DNA of 64,000 nucleotides from Malacoraja senta (Eukaryota). A model generated the notes under the pieces. The model saw only the letters and a program-made list of their open reading frames with translations. It made no database searches and had not been told where the DNA came from. Shown one piece after another: positions 1-11,435 of the stretch (the stretch's first letter is position 1; each line of letters starts with the position of its first letter). The translations under genes were made by a program, and so were the position numbers. Location of the stretch: the NCBI GenBank assembly GCA_038087875.1, contig CM075977.1:320478001-320542000 (forward strand). The letters run 5' to 3'.

Positions 1-1338
1 CTGTGCATATGACAATCTGTTGAGTTCTTTCACTGCCTTTGACAAAAGTGGCTGTAGGGCCTCCTGCTTGTGGAAAATACCCTGTCTATGTCTCTTCACC
101 CCCTGCAACATAATCTCCACTGAAATATTGGAAAACCAAGGAGCCAGCTCCTTCCTGTGTTGTTCAGTTACTAAATTCTTCAAGGTCACATTCAGTTGTA
201 GAATACATGTTAGCACCAGCTGAAGCCACAATACAACTCGCTTTTAAGAGGAGCAGGTTGGCTTAAAATTGTAGAAGGCAGCTTAAACTGGTGCTGGTCA
301 TCTATGAAATCCAATCTTTTACTGAGGTGAAAAGCCAATGTACAGTGTGCTTGCTCTTTGCTTGTTGCAGAGAGCAACAAATTCAACCAGCAGATGACAT
401 TAATGTGCTGTCACTGTCAGAAATAATGCAGCAGGGGAATTGCACATTGTAATCTCTGTCAGTCTTTAAGATATTCAGTTTGGGCACTAGTACCTTATCT
501 TGCTGCTGAGCCCTATGTAGATAAATGCTGATTAATAGCAGACCATAACTACTCCTTCCATTTCCTTCAGATCACTGCTATTTAACTGGGAGGCAGGTCG
601 TGTTTGAATCACAAGCTCTTTTGATCAGTGTATAGTGGGAGGTCTGGTTTGAATCAGTGTAAATCATTACTTTTTCTTGTGATTGGCAGTGCTTGAATGT
701 TCTGCTTTGTCTCATATTTAGTACATCTACAGCTTGATAGTTTTCTTTTTAATATTTCCTCTTCTTCCTCGTAGTCTTTTTAATGTGGCCCTTTTGACGT
801 CCCCAAGTTTGTATTTTGTTTTTATACCTTTTTTTAAATCTCTGCTTATTTTTACCGATTCACACAAATTTATATTGAAAGTATAGAATAATGTTGGTGA
901 TCTTTTACATCACTCATGAACAAATTAATGTCCTTTCACTCACTCTAATCATTGTGTCTTTCGGTTTTCTCCACCCCCACATCCTTTTTATTTTCAATTG
1001 TGTTATTTTGCAATCATTCAGAAATGCTTAGTTATCTTTTCATTTTCAGTTTGGTTGCAGGGGAACAGCCAAAACATTATAACCTGTCTATTCCCTTTAC
1101 AGATAGTTACAAGCCAGCTGCAACCCTTTGTAATTAAAAAAAGAAAAATCCAGAAAATATAAATGTTTCATTTTATTTCCTGCGTGTTCGCATGTTGGAC
1201 ATACACATGATTAACTATATACTGTCTTGGTGTAAATACAGATGAAGTAGATGCATCCTCCATTACATGATATATGAAACAAAATAAAGCTATTTCAATA
1301 TTACCAATTTATCTTTTACCTCAGCGCCACTTTACAGT

Positions 1339-3426
1339 AAACATAGAAACATAAAAAATAGGTGCAGGAGTAGGCCAATCGGCCTTTCGAGCCTGCACAG
1401 CCATTCAATATGATCATGGCTGATCATCCAACTCAGTATCCTGTACCTGCCTTCTCTCCATACCCCCTGATCCCTTTAGCCACAAGGGCCACATCTAACT
1501 CCCTCTTAAATATAGCCAATGAACTGACCTCAACTACCTTCTGTGACAGAGAATTCCACAGATTCACCACTCTCTGTGTGAAAAATGTTTTTCTCATCTC
1601 GGTCCTAAAAGACTTCCCCCTTATCCTTAAACTGTGACCCCTTGTTCTGGACTTCCCCAACATCGGGAACAATCTTCCTGCATCTAGCCTGTCCAACCCC
1701 TTAAGAATTTTGTAAGTTTCTATAAGATCCCCCCTCAATCTTCTAAATTCTAGCGAGTACAAGCCGAGTCTATCCAGTCTTTCTTCATATAAAAGTCCTG
1801 CCATCCCAGGAATCAGTCTGGTGAACCTTCTCTGTACTCCCTCTATGGCAAGAATGTCTTTCCTCAGATTAGGAGACCAAAACTGTACGCAATACTCCAG
1901 GTGTGGTCTCACCAAGACCCTGTACAACTGCAGTAGAACCTCCCTGCTCTTATACTCAAATCCTTTTGCTATGAATGCTAACATACCATTCGCTTTCTTC
2001 ACTGCCTGCTGCACCTGCATGCCTACTTTCAATGACTGGTGTACCATGACACCCAGGTCTCGTTGCATCTCCCCTTTTCCTAATCGGCCACCATTCAGAT
2101 AATAATCTACTTTCCTGCTTTTGCCACCAAAGTGGATAACCTCACATTTATCCACATTATACTGCATCTGCCATGTATTTGCCCACTCACCCAACCTATT
2201 CAAGTCACCTTGTAGCCTCCTAGCATCCTCCTCACAACTAACACTGCCCCCCAGCTTTGTGTCATCTGCAAACTTGGAGATGTTGCATTCAATTCCCTCA
2301 TCCAGTTCATTAATATATATTGTAAATAGCTGGGGTCCCAGCACTGAGCCTTGCGGTACCCCACTAGTCACTGCCTGCCATTCTGAAAAGGACCCGTTTA
2401 CTCCTACTCTTTGCTTCCTGTCTGCCAGCCAGTTCTCTATCCACATCAATACTGAACCCCCAATACCGTGTGCTTTAAGTTTGTATACTAATCTCTTTTG
2501 TGGGACCTTTTCGAAAGCTTTCTGAAAGTCCAGATATAACACATCCACTGGTTCTCCCTTATCCACTCTACTAGTTACATCCTCAAAAAATTCTATAAGA
2601 TTCGTCAGACATGATTTACCTTTCATAAATAAATCCATGCTGACTTTGTCCAATGATTTCACCACTTTCCAAATGTGCTGCTATCCCATCTTTAATAACT
2701 GACTCTAGCATTTTCCCCACTACCGATGTTAGACTAACTGGTCTGTAATTCCCTGTTTTCTCTCTCCCTCCCTTTTTAAAAAGTGGGGTTACATTAGCTA
2801 CCCTCCAATCATCAGGAACTACTCCAGAATCTAAAGAGTTTTGAAAAATTATCACTAATGCATCCACTATTTCTGGGGCTACTACCTTAAGTACTCTGGG
2901 ATGCAGCCTATCTGGCCCTGGGGATTTATCGGCCTTTAATCCATTCAATTTACATAACACCACTTCCCGGCTAACCTGGATTTCACTCAGTTCCTCCATC
3001 TCATTTGACCTCCGGTCCCCTGCTATTTCCAGATTATTTATGTCTTCCTTAGTGAAGACAGAACCAAAATAGTTATTCAATTGGCCTGCCATGTCCTTGT
3101 TCCCCATGATCAATTCACCTGTTTCTGACTGCAAGGGACCTACATTTGTTTAAACTAATCCTTTTCTCTTCACATATCTATAAAAACCTTTGCAGTCAGT
3201 TTTTATGTTCCCTGCCAGTTTTCTTTCATAATCAATTTTCCCTTTCCTAATTAAGCCCTTTGTCCTCCTCTGCTGGACTCTGAATTTCTCCCAGTCCTCT
3301 GGTAGGCTGCTTTTTCTGGCTAATTTGTATGCTTCATCTTTTGCTTTGATACTATCCCTGATTTCCCTTGTTATCCACGGATGCACTACCTTCCCTGATT
3401 TATTCTTTTGCCAAACTGGGATGAAC
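1339..3426 (-). mobile_element. CR1-clade LINE, 5'-truncated, young but frameshifted ORF2 (RT)
   Basis: ORFs 3150-3386, 2616-3134 and 1433-2665 are consecutive pieces of CR1 ORF2 ([48 protein letters not shown]). A duplicated TAAA near 2626-2633 causes one frameshift. (TTTCTATG)n-type tail at about 1339-1358. Confidence 0.95.
1433..3386 (-). pseudogene. CR1 ORF2 reverse transcriptase, disrupted into three ORFs
   Basis: RT motifs are present but split across three reading frames or segments. Confidence 0.9.
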
Positions 3427-3489
3427 TGACTCTTTATTTCTTAATCCTCCTACTACGCTTAGTATATAGAAGATTGTCAGTTATGAGTT

Positions 3490-4130
3490 TTTTAAATTTG
3501 TTTATTTGTCAGATGTGAATGTTACTGGCAATCCTGGCATGATTGTGTACCCATTTCGCCCTGAACTGAGGAGACAAGTATGAGTCAACCACATTGGTGA
3601 ATCTAGTGTCACGTCTAGGCCAGAGTAGGTGAAGATGACAGATTTGCATTCTTAAAGAACATCAAGGTTGCACGATGGCGCAGCATCCGAGTTGCTGCCT
3701 TACAGCACTTGCAGCACCAGAGGCCCGGGTTTGATCCCGCCTATAGGTGCTGTCTGTACGGAGTTTGTACGTTCTCCCTATGACCTGCGTTGGTTTTCAC
3801 CGAGATCTTCGGTTTCCTCCAGGTTTGTAGGTAGATTGGCTTGGGAAATGTAAAAACTGTCCCTAGTGTGTGTAGAATAGTGTTAATATGCAGGGATCGC
3901 TGGTCGGCGCAGACCAAATGGGCCAAAGGGCCTGTTTCTATGCTGAATCTGTAAACTAAACTAAACTAATCAGTGTATCACATGAGGCAAGCCGTTTAAT
4001 TATATCCACATTTATCTCATCACTTGAATTTACTGCCCCTGTTGCTAGTGAGATTTGAACTCTTGTCGATGGATCAACTGTCCTGAACACTCCTGTACCC
4101 ACTAATAATAAACCCACCACACTACCCTTG
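3490..4130 (-). mobile_element. Old chondrichthyan tRNA-derived SINE with CR1-type tail, interrupted by an HE1-type SINE
   Basis: The minus strand reads ...aaatctgtcatcttcacctactctggcctagacgtgac...aatgtggttgactc...cagtaacattcacatc, resembling a shark SINE I recall. B-box-like gagttcaaatc near 4052-4062. Confidence 0.6.
3665..3968 (+). mobile_element. HE1-type V-SINE
   Basis: tRNA-like head, V-domain (gtctgtacggagtttgtacgttctccc), CR1-like 3' end and (TAAAC)n tail. ATCA flanks both ends (3661-3664, 3969-3972). Confidence 0.88.
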
Positions 4131-5199
4131 TGAATTACATTGCTGAAGTGTTGTCTTTTGGATGACCTCATTTTCAGGATCATGTCAACATATTTTGAAG
4201 AAAAGCAGCAAGCCTTTCCAGTAGCTCGGTCACCACACCATTTTCAACCGATACTATAATTTCCAGACTTAATGCTTTGTGCAAAATAATTTCAACATTT
4301 GCCTTTATAACCATTGTGTTTACCCTTCAAAAGTAATTCGTTGATCAGAGATTATAGGAAAACATGTATGAATGCATTTTCTTAGTTTCCCTTTAATTCC
4401 ATGTAGTTATTTTTTATATCCACCTTCTTGTGTTGCTGCTGCTAATCAAACACAAAATAAAAATCCATATGTACAAACACTTCCTTTCAGGCTTATAAAA
4501 TTTACATCAAAGCACATAAAATACTGTCATTGCTCTTTAAAAGAACAAATAATAAAAGCCTAATTGGATAGTACCACCACAGACACAAGTGCAATTCCTC
4601 TATGCTATATCAGTCCATGGTTCCATAATTATTTCGGAATATGAGCCTCTTTGATTCTCAATTGCAAAGTTACTAAGTCAAATCCTGTGAACGAATGACC
4701 AGTTTCAAGCAACACGGGTATTATTCAATTTAACAAAAATCACTAGAACACCCTTGACTCTTTGGGGAACATCTCTTCAGTATAATGAAGGAGGCCCTAC
4801 AGACACTTTTGTCAAAGGTATATTTTTCACTGTAATGAATAGTAACCCTTCTCAACTCATTGCATTACGTTAAACCAAAATATCCAAATTGCATTTCACC
4901 TAGACTCTTTGATTAACAAACTTTTGCTAAACAAAATGTTTTACAGTTATGTCTCCCTTTCATAAATCAAGGCTATATCCTAACTATATCCAGCGGAATA
5001 ACATTCCAAAAACTAGTTCATATCTTCACGCTAAGTTCTTCATTGACCACAAAAAGTCTGAGGAATGCAAATGTCTGTTGACTTTTGTGGATGGAATAAT
5101 TATAGTTTTAAAGGTTTTGATATGTAACTGTGAGGCCATGAGATCTCTTTCATTTTGCACTTTTTGTTTTCTTAAATAAAGTAGAATGAGTCAAAAGTT

Positions 5200-5750
5200 A
5201 AGATGTTTAACTGTCATATGCACTTGGACTGGAACAATAAAATCCTTACTTGCTGTCGCTCTACTGACACATTTATGTAATACAAGAAATAGATATACAG
5301 TAAACAATAATACAATAAATCAATTATTTGAGATAACCATAATAGTGCATTAGAACATAGTGCAATCTTATACAAAGTTGATAATATTGATGAGGTATGG
5401 TTATGGTTAGGGTTATACAGTGTGGTTCAAGAACCTGATGAATGATGCGAAGAAGCCATTCGTGCGGCTGGAGTTAATGCTTCCAAGCTCCTGTACCTTC
5501 TTCCTGATGGTGACAGTGAGAGCATGGCCAGGGTGAGGTGGGTGTTTGATGATATTCACTTCCGTCTTGAGGCAATGCTTCTTGTAGATTTCATTGATGG
5601 CAGGGAGCTCAATAACTGTGATGGACTGGGCAATGTCCAAAACTTTCTGCAGACTCCCTTATTCTTTGGTGTTCAAGTTACTGGACCAAGCCTTGAAGCA
5701 ACTAGTCAGTATATTCTCCACCATACCCCTGTAGAAGTTTGATTGAGTAT
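5200..5750 (-). mobile_element. Degenerate Rex1/Babar-like LINE 3' fragment
   Basis: ORF 5413-5640 (LPAINEIYKKHC...IIKHPPHPGHAL...FFASFIRFLN) matches the Rex1 ORF C-terminal pattern. Confidence 0.7.
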
Positions 5751-6022
5751 TCAGCCTGGTAGAAAACTTGTGTTTTTATTGAGTAAGTCACTTCTTGACT
5801 TATTGTTGAAAATTTCTAAATCACCACACCAAGTAAAAGATAACATTGAAGATTTTGGACCATAGATTGCTGAATCATCATCTGACTAATGAAAATAGAA
5901 GAGCAGAGTGATTGCATTTCATTTATTTTCTTAGTGCATAGTAGATAAAATGAGTCAATCCAAAAATACATTAATAACCTTTAGATAAGTTCCTAAATAG
6001 TTACAAAATACATCTTTGGTCT

Positions 6023-6353
6023 GAAGATAGACACAAAAAGCTGGAGTAACTCAGCCGGTCAGACAGCATCTCTGGAGAAAAGTAAATAGGTGATTCGGGT
6101 CGAAACCCTTCTTCAGACTAAGAGTCAGGGGAAAGGGAAACGAGAGATATAAACGGTGATATAGAACAAATGAATGAAAGATATGCGAAACAGTAACAAT
6201 GATAAAGGAAACGGCATTGTTAGCTGTGGGCTAGGTGAAAACGAGTTACAGACAATGACACTCAACAAGACAACTTTGAAGCTAGAACAACGACCTGGGT
6301 GGGGATGGACGGAGAGGGGACGCAAGGGTTACTTGAAGTTAGAGAAATCAATA
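6023..6353 (-). mobile_element. 5'-truncated Penelope-like element (last GIY-YIG codons, pseudo-LTR, degenerate hammerhead)
   Basis: The minus strand begins atattgatttctctaacttcaagtaa (IDFSNFK*), then a pyrimidine-rich tract, ctgaagaagggtttcgacccgaatc and the common 3' arm. Confidence 0.8.
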
Positions 6354-7573
6354 TGGGAAGGCAACGGGACCAGCAAGCAGGATTCAGGAAGGATCGCTCA
6401 TGCACAGACCACATAGCAACATTACGCATCATCATTGAGCAGTCTATTGAATGGAACACGTCCCTTTACATCAACTTCGTCGACTTTGAGAAAGCGTTTG
6501 ACAGCTTAGATAGGGCAACACTAATGGACCACTATGGAATTCCCACCAAGATCATAAACTTAATCAAGAACTATTGTGATGGAACCTCATGCAAAGTTAT
6601 GCATGCAGGCCAGCTCTCTCAGAGCTTTAGTGTCAGGACGGGCGTCAAGCAGGGATGTCTATTGTCACCATTCCTGTTCCTCCTGGCAATTGACTGGATT
6701 ATGATGGAAACAACTGAAGGGAAAAGAAATGGAATTCAGTGGACAATGTGGGAGCAGCTAGATGATCTTGACTTTGCAGACGACATAGCTCTCCTTTCAC
6801 ACACACAGATACAAATGCAGGAGAAGACGGACAGACTCTCAAAAGCTGCAACAAAACTTGGTCTTACACCCAATACAGCAAAAGCACAGGTGATGAGGAT
6901 CCACTCCAAAACCAGCAACCCTATCCTTATACACAGCACTGCTCTAGAGGAGGTCGAAACATTCACATACCTAGGCAGTGTTGTGGACATCACCGGAGGG
7001 GGAGAGGCAGACATAAGAAGTAGAATCAATAAGGCTAGGGTGGTGTTTAACATGCTCAGGAAGATCTGGAGCTCAAAACACATCTCAATCAACACCAAAA
7101 TACACATCTTCAACTCAAATGTGAAACAGGTGATGCTGTATGGATTAGAGACATGGAAAACAACAAATCACACTACAAACAGGCTGCAAACATTCATTAA
7201 CACCTGCCTTAGGAGAATACTTAACATCTGGTGGAGAGACAAAGTAAGCAATGTGGACCTGTGGAAAAGAACAAGCCTGAAGCCCATTGACTTACAAATT
7301 CGAAGGAGAAAATGGAGTTTGATTGGACACACCCTCAGGAAACCTCCCACAAACATCACCTGGCAAGCCCCGAAATGGAACCCTCAAAGAAAAAGAAAAA
7401 GAGGTCACCCCAGGAACAGCTGGAGAAGAGGTGTCCAGCCAGAAATGTCTGAGAGTGGGCTCAACTGGGGAGATCTTGAAAGAACTACCAACAACCGAGT
7501 GAGGTGGAGGACATTTGTCAATGGCCTATGCTCCCTAGAGGAGCAAAGGCTTAAGAAGTAAGAAGTAAGAAGT
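6354..7573 (+). mobile_element. RTE-clade LINE (Perere-3/SR3-like), 5'-truncated
   Basis: QQAGFRKDRSCTDHIATLRIIIEQS, DFEKAFD, GVKQGCLLSP, DLDFADD, WNPQRKRKRGHPRNSW. Very short 3' end with an (AGAAGTA)x3 tail at 7554-7573. Confidence 0.92.
6362..7561 (+). CDS. RTE reverse transcriptase, C-terminal ~400 aa open frame (partial; the first ~20 aa of the listed ORF are read-through from the adjacent Penelope piece)
   Basis: The frame is uninterrupted from RDQQAG to the stop codon, with one small in-frame deletion after DRATL. Confidence 0.85.
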   Translation, partial: QRDQQAGFRKDRSCTDHIATLRIIIEQSIEWNTSLYINFVDFEKAFDSLDRATLMDHYGIPTKIINLIKNYCDGTSCKVMHAGQLSQSFSVRTGVKQGCLLSPFLFLLAIDWIMMETTEGKRNGIQWTMWEQLDDLDFADDIALLSHTQIQMQEKTDRLSKAATKLGLTPNTAKAQVMRIHSKTSNPILIHSTALEEVETFTYLGSVVDITGGGEADIRSRINKARVVFNMLRKIWSSKHISINTKIHIFNSNVKQVMLYGLETWKTTNHTTNRLQTFINTCLRRILNIWWRDKVSNVDLWKRTSLKPIDLQIRRRKWSLIGHTLRKPPTNITWQAPKWNPQRKRKRGHPRNSWRRGVQPEMSESGLNWGDLERTTNNRVRWRTFVNGLCSLEEQRLKK

Positions 7574-8189
7574 GAAGGAGATTGTGTGAAAAAATCCTTT
7601 GTAAAAAATACAAGGGGATTGTCTTCAAGACATGCTTTTCTCTTCTGGCTCCAATCTCTTTCCCATATGCATAGAGTTGCTCACTCACGGCAGGGTAGTA
7701 ATCAACATTGGTTTTCCCTGTCCATGTTTGACCTGATACCCTGAGACCTCAACATTGTCAACATTGATCATTCCCTTGGCCTCTCTACCCTGAAAGTATG
7801 CAAACTTTGATGGGTGCATCTTGCTGGTGGATTTATTTATTTATTTATTTATTCCGAACAAGTAAAGACATTAAAGACATTGATATTAACAAAATCGAAA
7901 TTATCAAACAATTGAACATTGCAATCAACATTTATAATTGAGAAGAACAAAATCAAGGTTCCAATGTCCAACTCAGAGTCTGTACAAGCTCGAAAAGGAG
8001 TGAGAAGAAGAATAACTTATTAAATCTCACCCCTTTTCCCACACTTCTATCGTATTTAAAAATCAATTCCTTACTAATAATAGTACTGCCCTAGGCAATT
8101 TCCCATAATACATACAGACACTTATATACATTCAACTATTATGTACATACAATCTTCATATTTGAAGTACCCAACATCAGTGAACAATA

Positions 8190-8258
8190 GTAAACAAGAT
8201 AAACATCAACAATAGTAACAAGATAACATCAACGATTGTAAACAAGATAAACATCAAC
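8190..8258. repeat. Three imperfect tandem copies of gtaaacaagataaacatcaac in the LINE 3' UTR
   Basis: Visible directly in the sequence. Confidence 0.8.
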
Positions 8259-8267
8259 CCCCACTTG

Positions 8268-11180
8268 TCAACCATCCCCTCCATCCCTGTACCCCTTGAG
8301 CATTATTTTTTTATATATCATTTTAAAATGATTCATGTTTGTGCATTGCTTCAATTCCCCGTTCAATTTATTCCACACTCCTACTCCACAAACCGAAATA
8401 CAAAAGGATTTTCTAGTCGTACGGACTTGTTGTTTCTTAAAGTTAAATATTCCTCTTAAATTGTAACCCCCCACACGCTCGTTAAATAATTTTTGAATGT
8501 TTCCAGGTAAATTTTTATTTTTGGCCCTAAACATTATCTGAGCTGTTTTGAATGTGACCAAATCTTCTAATTTTAATAATTTTGACTCTAAAAATAATGG
8601 ATTCGTATGACCCAGATACTTAGCATTATGGATAATACGAATTGCTCTTTTTTGCATCATGGTTAATGAGTGTATCGAATTTTTATAATTATTTCCCCAG
8701 ACTTCTGTACAATAATTTAAGTAGGGTAAAATTAATGTACAATAAAGAATACGGAGTGATTTGTAATCCAGAGCTTGCTTGGCTTTGTATAATACAGAGA
8801 TACTTTTTGATAATTTTAATTTTACATGTTTAATATGTGATTTCCAGCTTATTTTATCGTCAATTATAACCCCAAGAAATTTATTTTCATGCACTCTTTC
8901 AACTTCCACCCCATTTATCTTTATACTTACTAGGGGACTTATTCTACAATTACCAAATAACATTATTTTAGTTTTACTCAGATTTAATGAAATTTTATTA
9001 CTATCAAACCATATTTTCAATTTACCCATTTCTTTTATTATTTTATCCAATAGCCTTTTTAAATTTTCTCCAGAGCAAAAAATATTTGTATCATCTGCAA
9101 ACAAAACCAGCCTCAAGACATTGGACACATTACAAATATCATTTATGTACATGATAAATAATTTTGGGCCCAGCACTGACCCCTGTGGTACACCACACAC
9201 AATGTCCAAACATGTAGAATTATGACTACCCAGATTTACAAACTGTTGCCTGTTACTTAAGTAGCTTTTAATCCAGTCCAGTACTATTCCTCTAATTCCA
9301 TACCTCTCCAATTTTTTTAATAAAATATCATGATTAATTGTATCAAATGCTTTTTTTATGTCAATGAATATCCCAGCTGCATATAATTTCTTATCAATGG
9401 CGTTTGTGATGTCTTCAATTAATTCTAGTATTGCAAGTGATGTTGATCTATTTGTTCTGAATCCATATTGACTTTCTGTTAATAATTTATTATTTTCTAC
9501 AAATTTGTCTAGTCTATTATTAAACATTTTTTCTAATATTTTGGAAAATTGTGGGAGTAAGGAAACAGGTCTATAGTTTGTAAAATGATGCTTGTTCCCT
9601 GTTTTGTATATTGGTATTATTTTTGCTATTTTCATTTTAATTGGAAAAGTTCCGGTCTGGAAGGATAAATTACAGATGAATGTTAAAGGTTTGGAGATCC
9701 CCTCAATGACCATCTTAACTAGCGACATGTCAATGTCATTGAAATCGGTTGACTTCTTATTTTTACATGTTTTGACAATATCCAGCAGTTCTTTCTCTTC
9801 TACTGCCGTAAGAAACATAGAGCAGGGATTTCTTTCCACTAATTTCTCAGGTGTTTCTCCAGATGTCCCTGAATCAGGGATTTGTTTAGCCAGGTCTGGT
9901 CCAATATTAACAAAAAAATTATTAAAGCTATTAGCTATATCTTCCATGTTGTAAATTTCCTTATCCTTATCAATAAAATACTTCGGGTAATTTGTTCTCC
10001 CCGGACCATTTAGGATAATGCTATTAAGTATGCTCCATATTCTTTTTATATTGTCTTTATTGTCATCTAATTTCTTCTTATAATAATCTTTCTTGCTTTC
10101 TCTTATGATGTAAGTTAATTTATTTTTATACTTTTTATATTTATTTTCTGTATCTTTAGTTCTCTCTCTTATAAAATCTCTGTATAGGCCATTTTTTTTT
10201 TTACAAGCATTTTGTAATCCCTTTGTAATCCATGGACATTTAGTATATTTTGATTTTCTATTATATTCTTTAATTGGACAATTTTTATCATATAATAACT
10301 TAAACATATCAATAAATGTTTCATAAGCACTATCAATGTCTCTTTTTTGGTATATTATATCCCAGTTTTGTGCCAATAGATCCTTTTTTAGTGCATTGAT
10401 AGCTTCCTCCGATCTCACTCTTCTATATTCTATTAATCTGCTTGGTTTGTTATTCCTGTGGACACCATCATAAACTACAAAAACTGGCAGATGGTCACTT
10501 ATATCATTAATTAATAATCCACTTACTATTTTATTTTCCAAATCATTGTTAAATATATTGTCAATGAGTGTAGCGCAATGGGAAGTAATTCTACTAGGTC
10601 TAGTGATTTTCGGAAATAGACTCATGCTGTACATAGTATTAATAAAATCTTCTGTAAGGTTGTGTTGATTAGGATTTAGTAGGTCAATATTGAAATCTCC
10701 ACATAAAAACACTGATTTACTACCTGTTGTTGAAAACATACTCTCCATCCAGCCCCTGAAGATTTCAATATTTGACCCCGGTGCCCTATATATACAGCTA
10801 ATGATTACATTTTTATTTCCACCATTACTTATTTCTATAGTTATACATTCATGCAGATTGTCAACCACAGTTGTCATATTATCTACTACCTTATAATTCA
10901 GAGTTGTATCCACATATAGTGCTACCCCTCCTCCCCCCTTATTTTTTCTATTGATGTAATTGAAGTCATATCCGTCCATCTCAAAATCAATTCCCTTTTC
11001 TTGATTAATCCATGTTTCAGATATTGCGATGACATTGAATGGTTGTGAAAATTTTTGTAAATACTCTTTAATATTATTGAAATTCGTATAGAGGCTCCTG
11101 CTATTAAAGTGGATAATAGATAATTTGCCTTTTGTATTAATATTCTGATTATACTGCTCCTCTGTGTAGTAGCAGCAGAT
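8268..11180 (-). CDS. LINE ORF2: AP endonuclease plus reverse transcriptase, ~970 aa uninterrupted (N-terminus lost in gap)
   Basis: APE motifs HFNSRS, ISETW, GGGVALY, IYRAP, GDFN, IDNIF, SDHLP. RT motifs [35 protein letters not shown]. Confidence 0.93.
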   Translation of the reverse strand: MCCYYTEEQYNQNINTKGKLSIIHFNSRSLYTNFNNIKEYLQKFSQPFNVIAISETWINQEKGIDFEMDGYDFNYINRKNKGGGGVALYVDTTLNYKVVDNMTTVVDNLHECITIEISNGGNKNVIISCIYRAPGSNIEIFRGWMESMFSTTGSKSVFLCGDFNIDLLNPNQHNLTEDFINTMYSMSLFPKITRPSRITSHCATLIDNIFNNDLENKIVSGLLINDISDHLPVFVVYDGVHRNNKPSRLIEYRRVRSEEAINALKKDLLAQNWDIIYQKRDIDSAYETFIDMFKLLYDKNCPIKEYNRKSKYTKCPWITKGLQNACKKKNGLYRDFIRERTKDTENKYKKYKNKLTYIIRESKKDYYKKKLDDNKDNIKRIWSILNSIILNGPGRTNYPKYFIDKDKEIYNMEDIANSFNNFFVNIGPDLAKQIPDSGTSGETPEKLVERNPCSMFLTAVEEKELLDIVKTCKNKKSTDFNDIDMSLVKMVIEGISKPLTFICNLSFQTGTFPIKMKIAKIIPIYKTGNKHHFTNYRPVSLLPQFSKILEKMFNNRLDKFVENNKLLTESQYGFRTNRSTSLAILELIEDITNAIDKKLYAAGIFIDIKKAFDTINHDILLKKLERYGIRGIVLDWIKSYLSNRQQFVNLGSHNSTCLDIVCGVPQGSVLGPKLFIMYINDICNVSNVLRLVLFADDTNIFCSGENLKRLLDKIIKEMGKLKIWFDSNKISLNLSKTKIMLFGNCRISPLVSIKINGVEVERVHENKFLGVIIDDKISWKSHIKHVKLKLSKSISVLYKAKQALDYKSLRILYCTLILPYLNYCTEVWGNNYKNSIHSLTMMQKRAIRIIHNAKYLGHTNPLFLESKLLKLEDLVTFKTAQIMFRAKNKNLPGNIQKLFNERVGGYNLRGIFNFKKQQVRTTRKSFCISVCGVGVWNKLNGELKQCTNMNHFKMIYKKIMLKGYRDGGDG

Positions 11181-11380
11181 NNNNNNNNNNNNNNNNNNNN
11201 NNNNNNNNNNNNNNNNNNNNNNNNNNNNNNNNNNNNNNNNNNNNNNNNNNNNNNNNNNNNNNNNNNNNNNNNNNNNNNNNNNNNNNNNNNNNNNNNNNNN
11301 NNNNNNNNNNNNNNNNNNNNNNNNNNNNNNNNNNNNNNNNNNNNNNNNNNNNNNNNNNNNNNNNNNNNNNNNNNNNNNNN
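11181..11380. other. Assembly gap (200 N)
   Basis: Run of N. Confidence 1.
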
Positions 11381-11435
11381 AAAATCCCACTCAATGGATC
11401 TGTACATACTAGGTTTTCAAATCCTATAATGTAAC

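Larger units (their letters stand above)
7831..11180 (-). mobile_element. AT-rich CR1/L2-group LINE (Crack/Daphne-like), running into the assembly gap
   Basis: APE plus RT ORF, a ~430-bp 3' UTR with a 14-bp stem-loop (7992-8005/8025-8038) and an (AAAT)n tail at 7831-7853. Confidence 0.9.

Noticed and set aside
6299-6361. N-terminus of the 420-aa ORF as a novel RT fusion protein
   Set aside because: It is antisense Penelope pLTR sequence that happens to be in frame with the truncated RTE.
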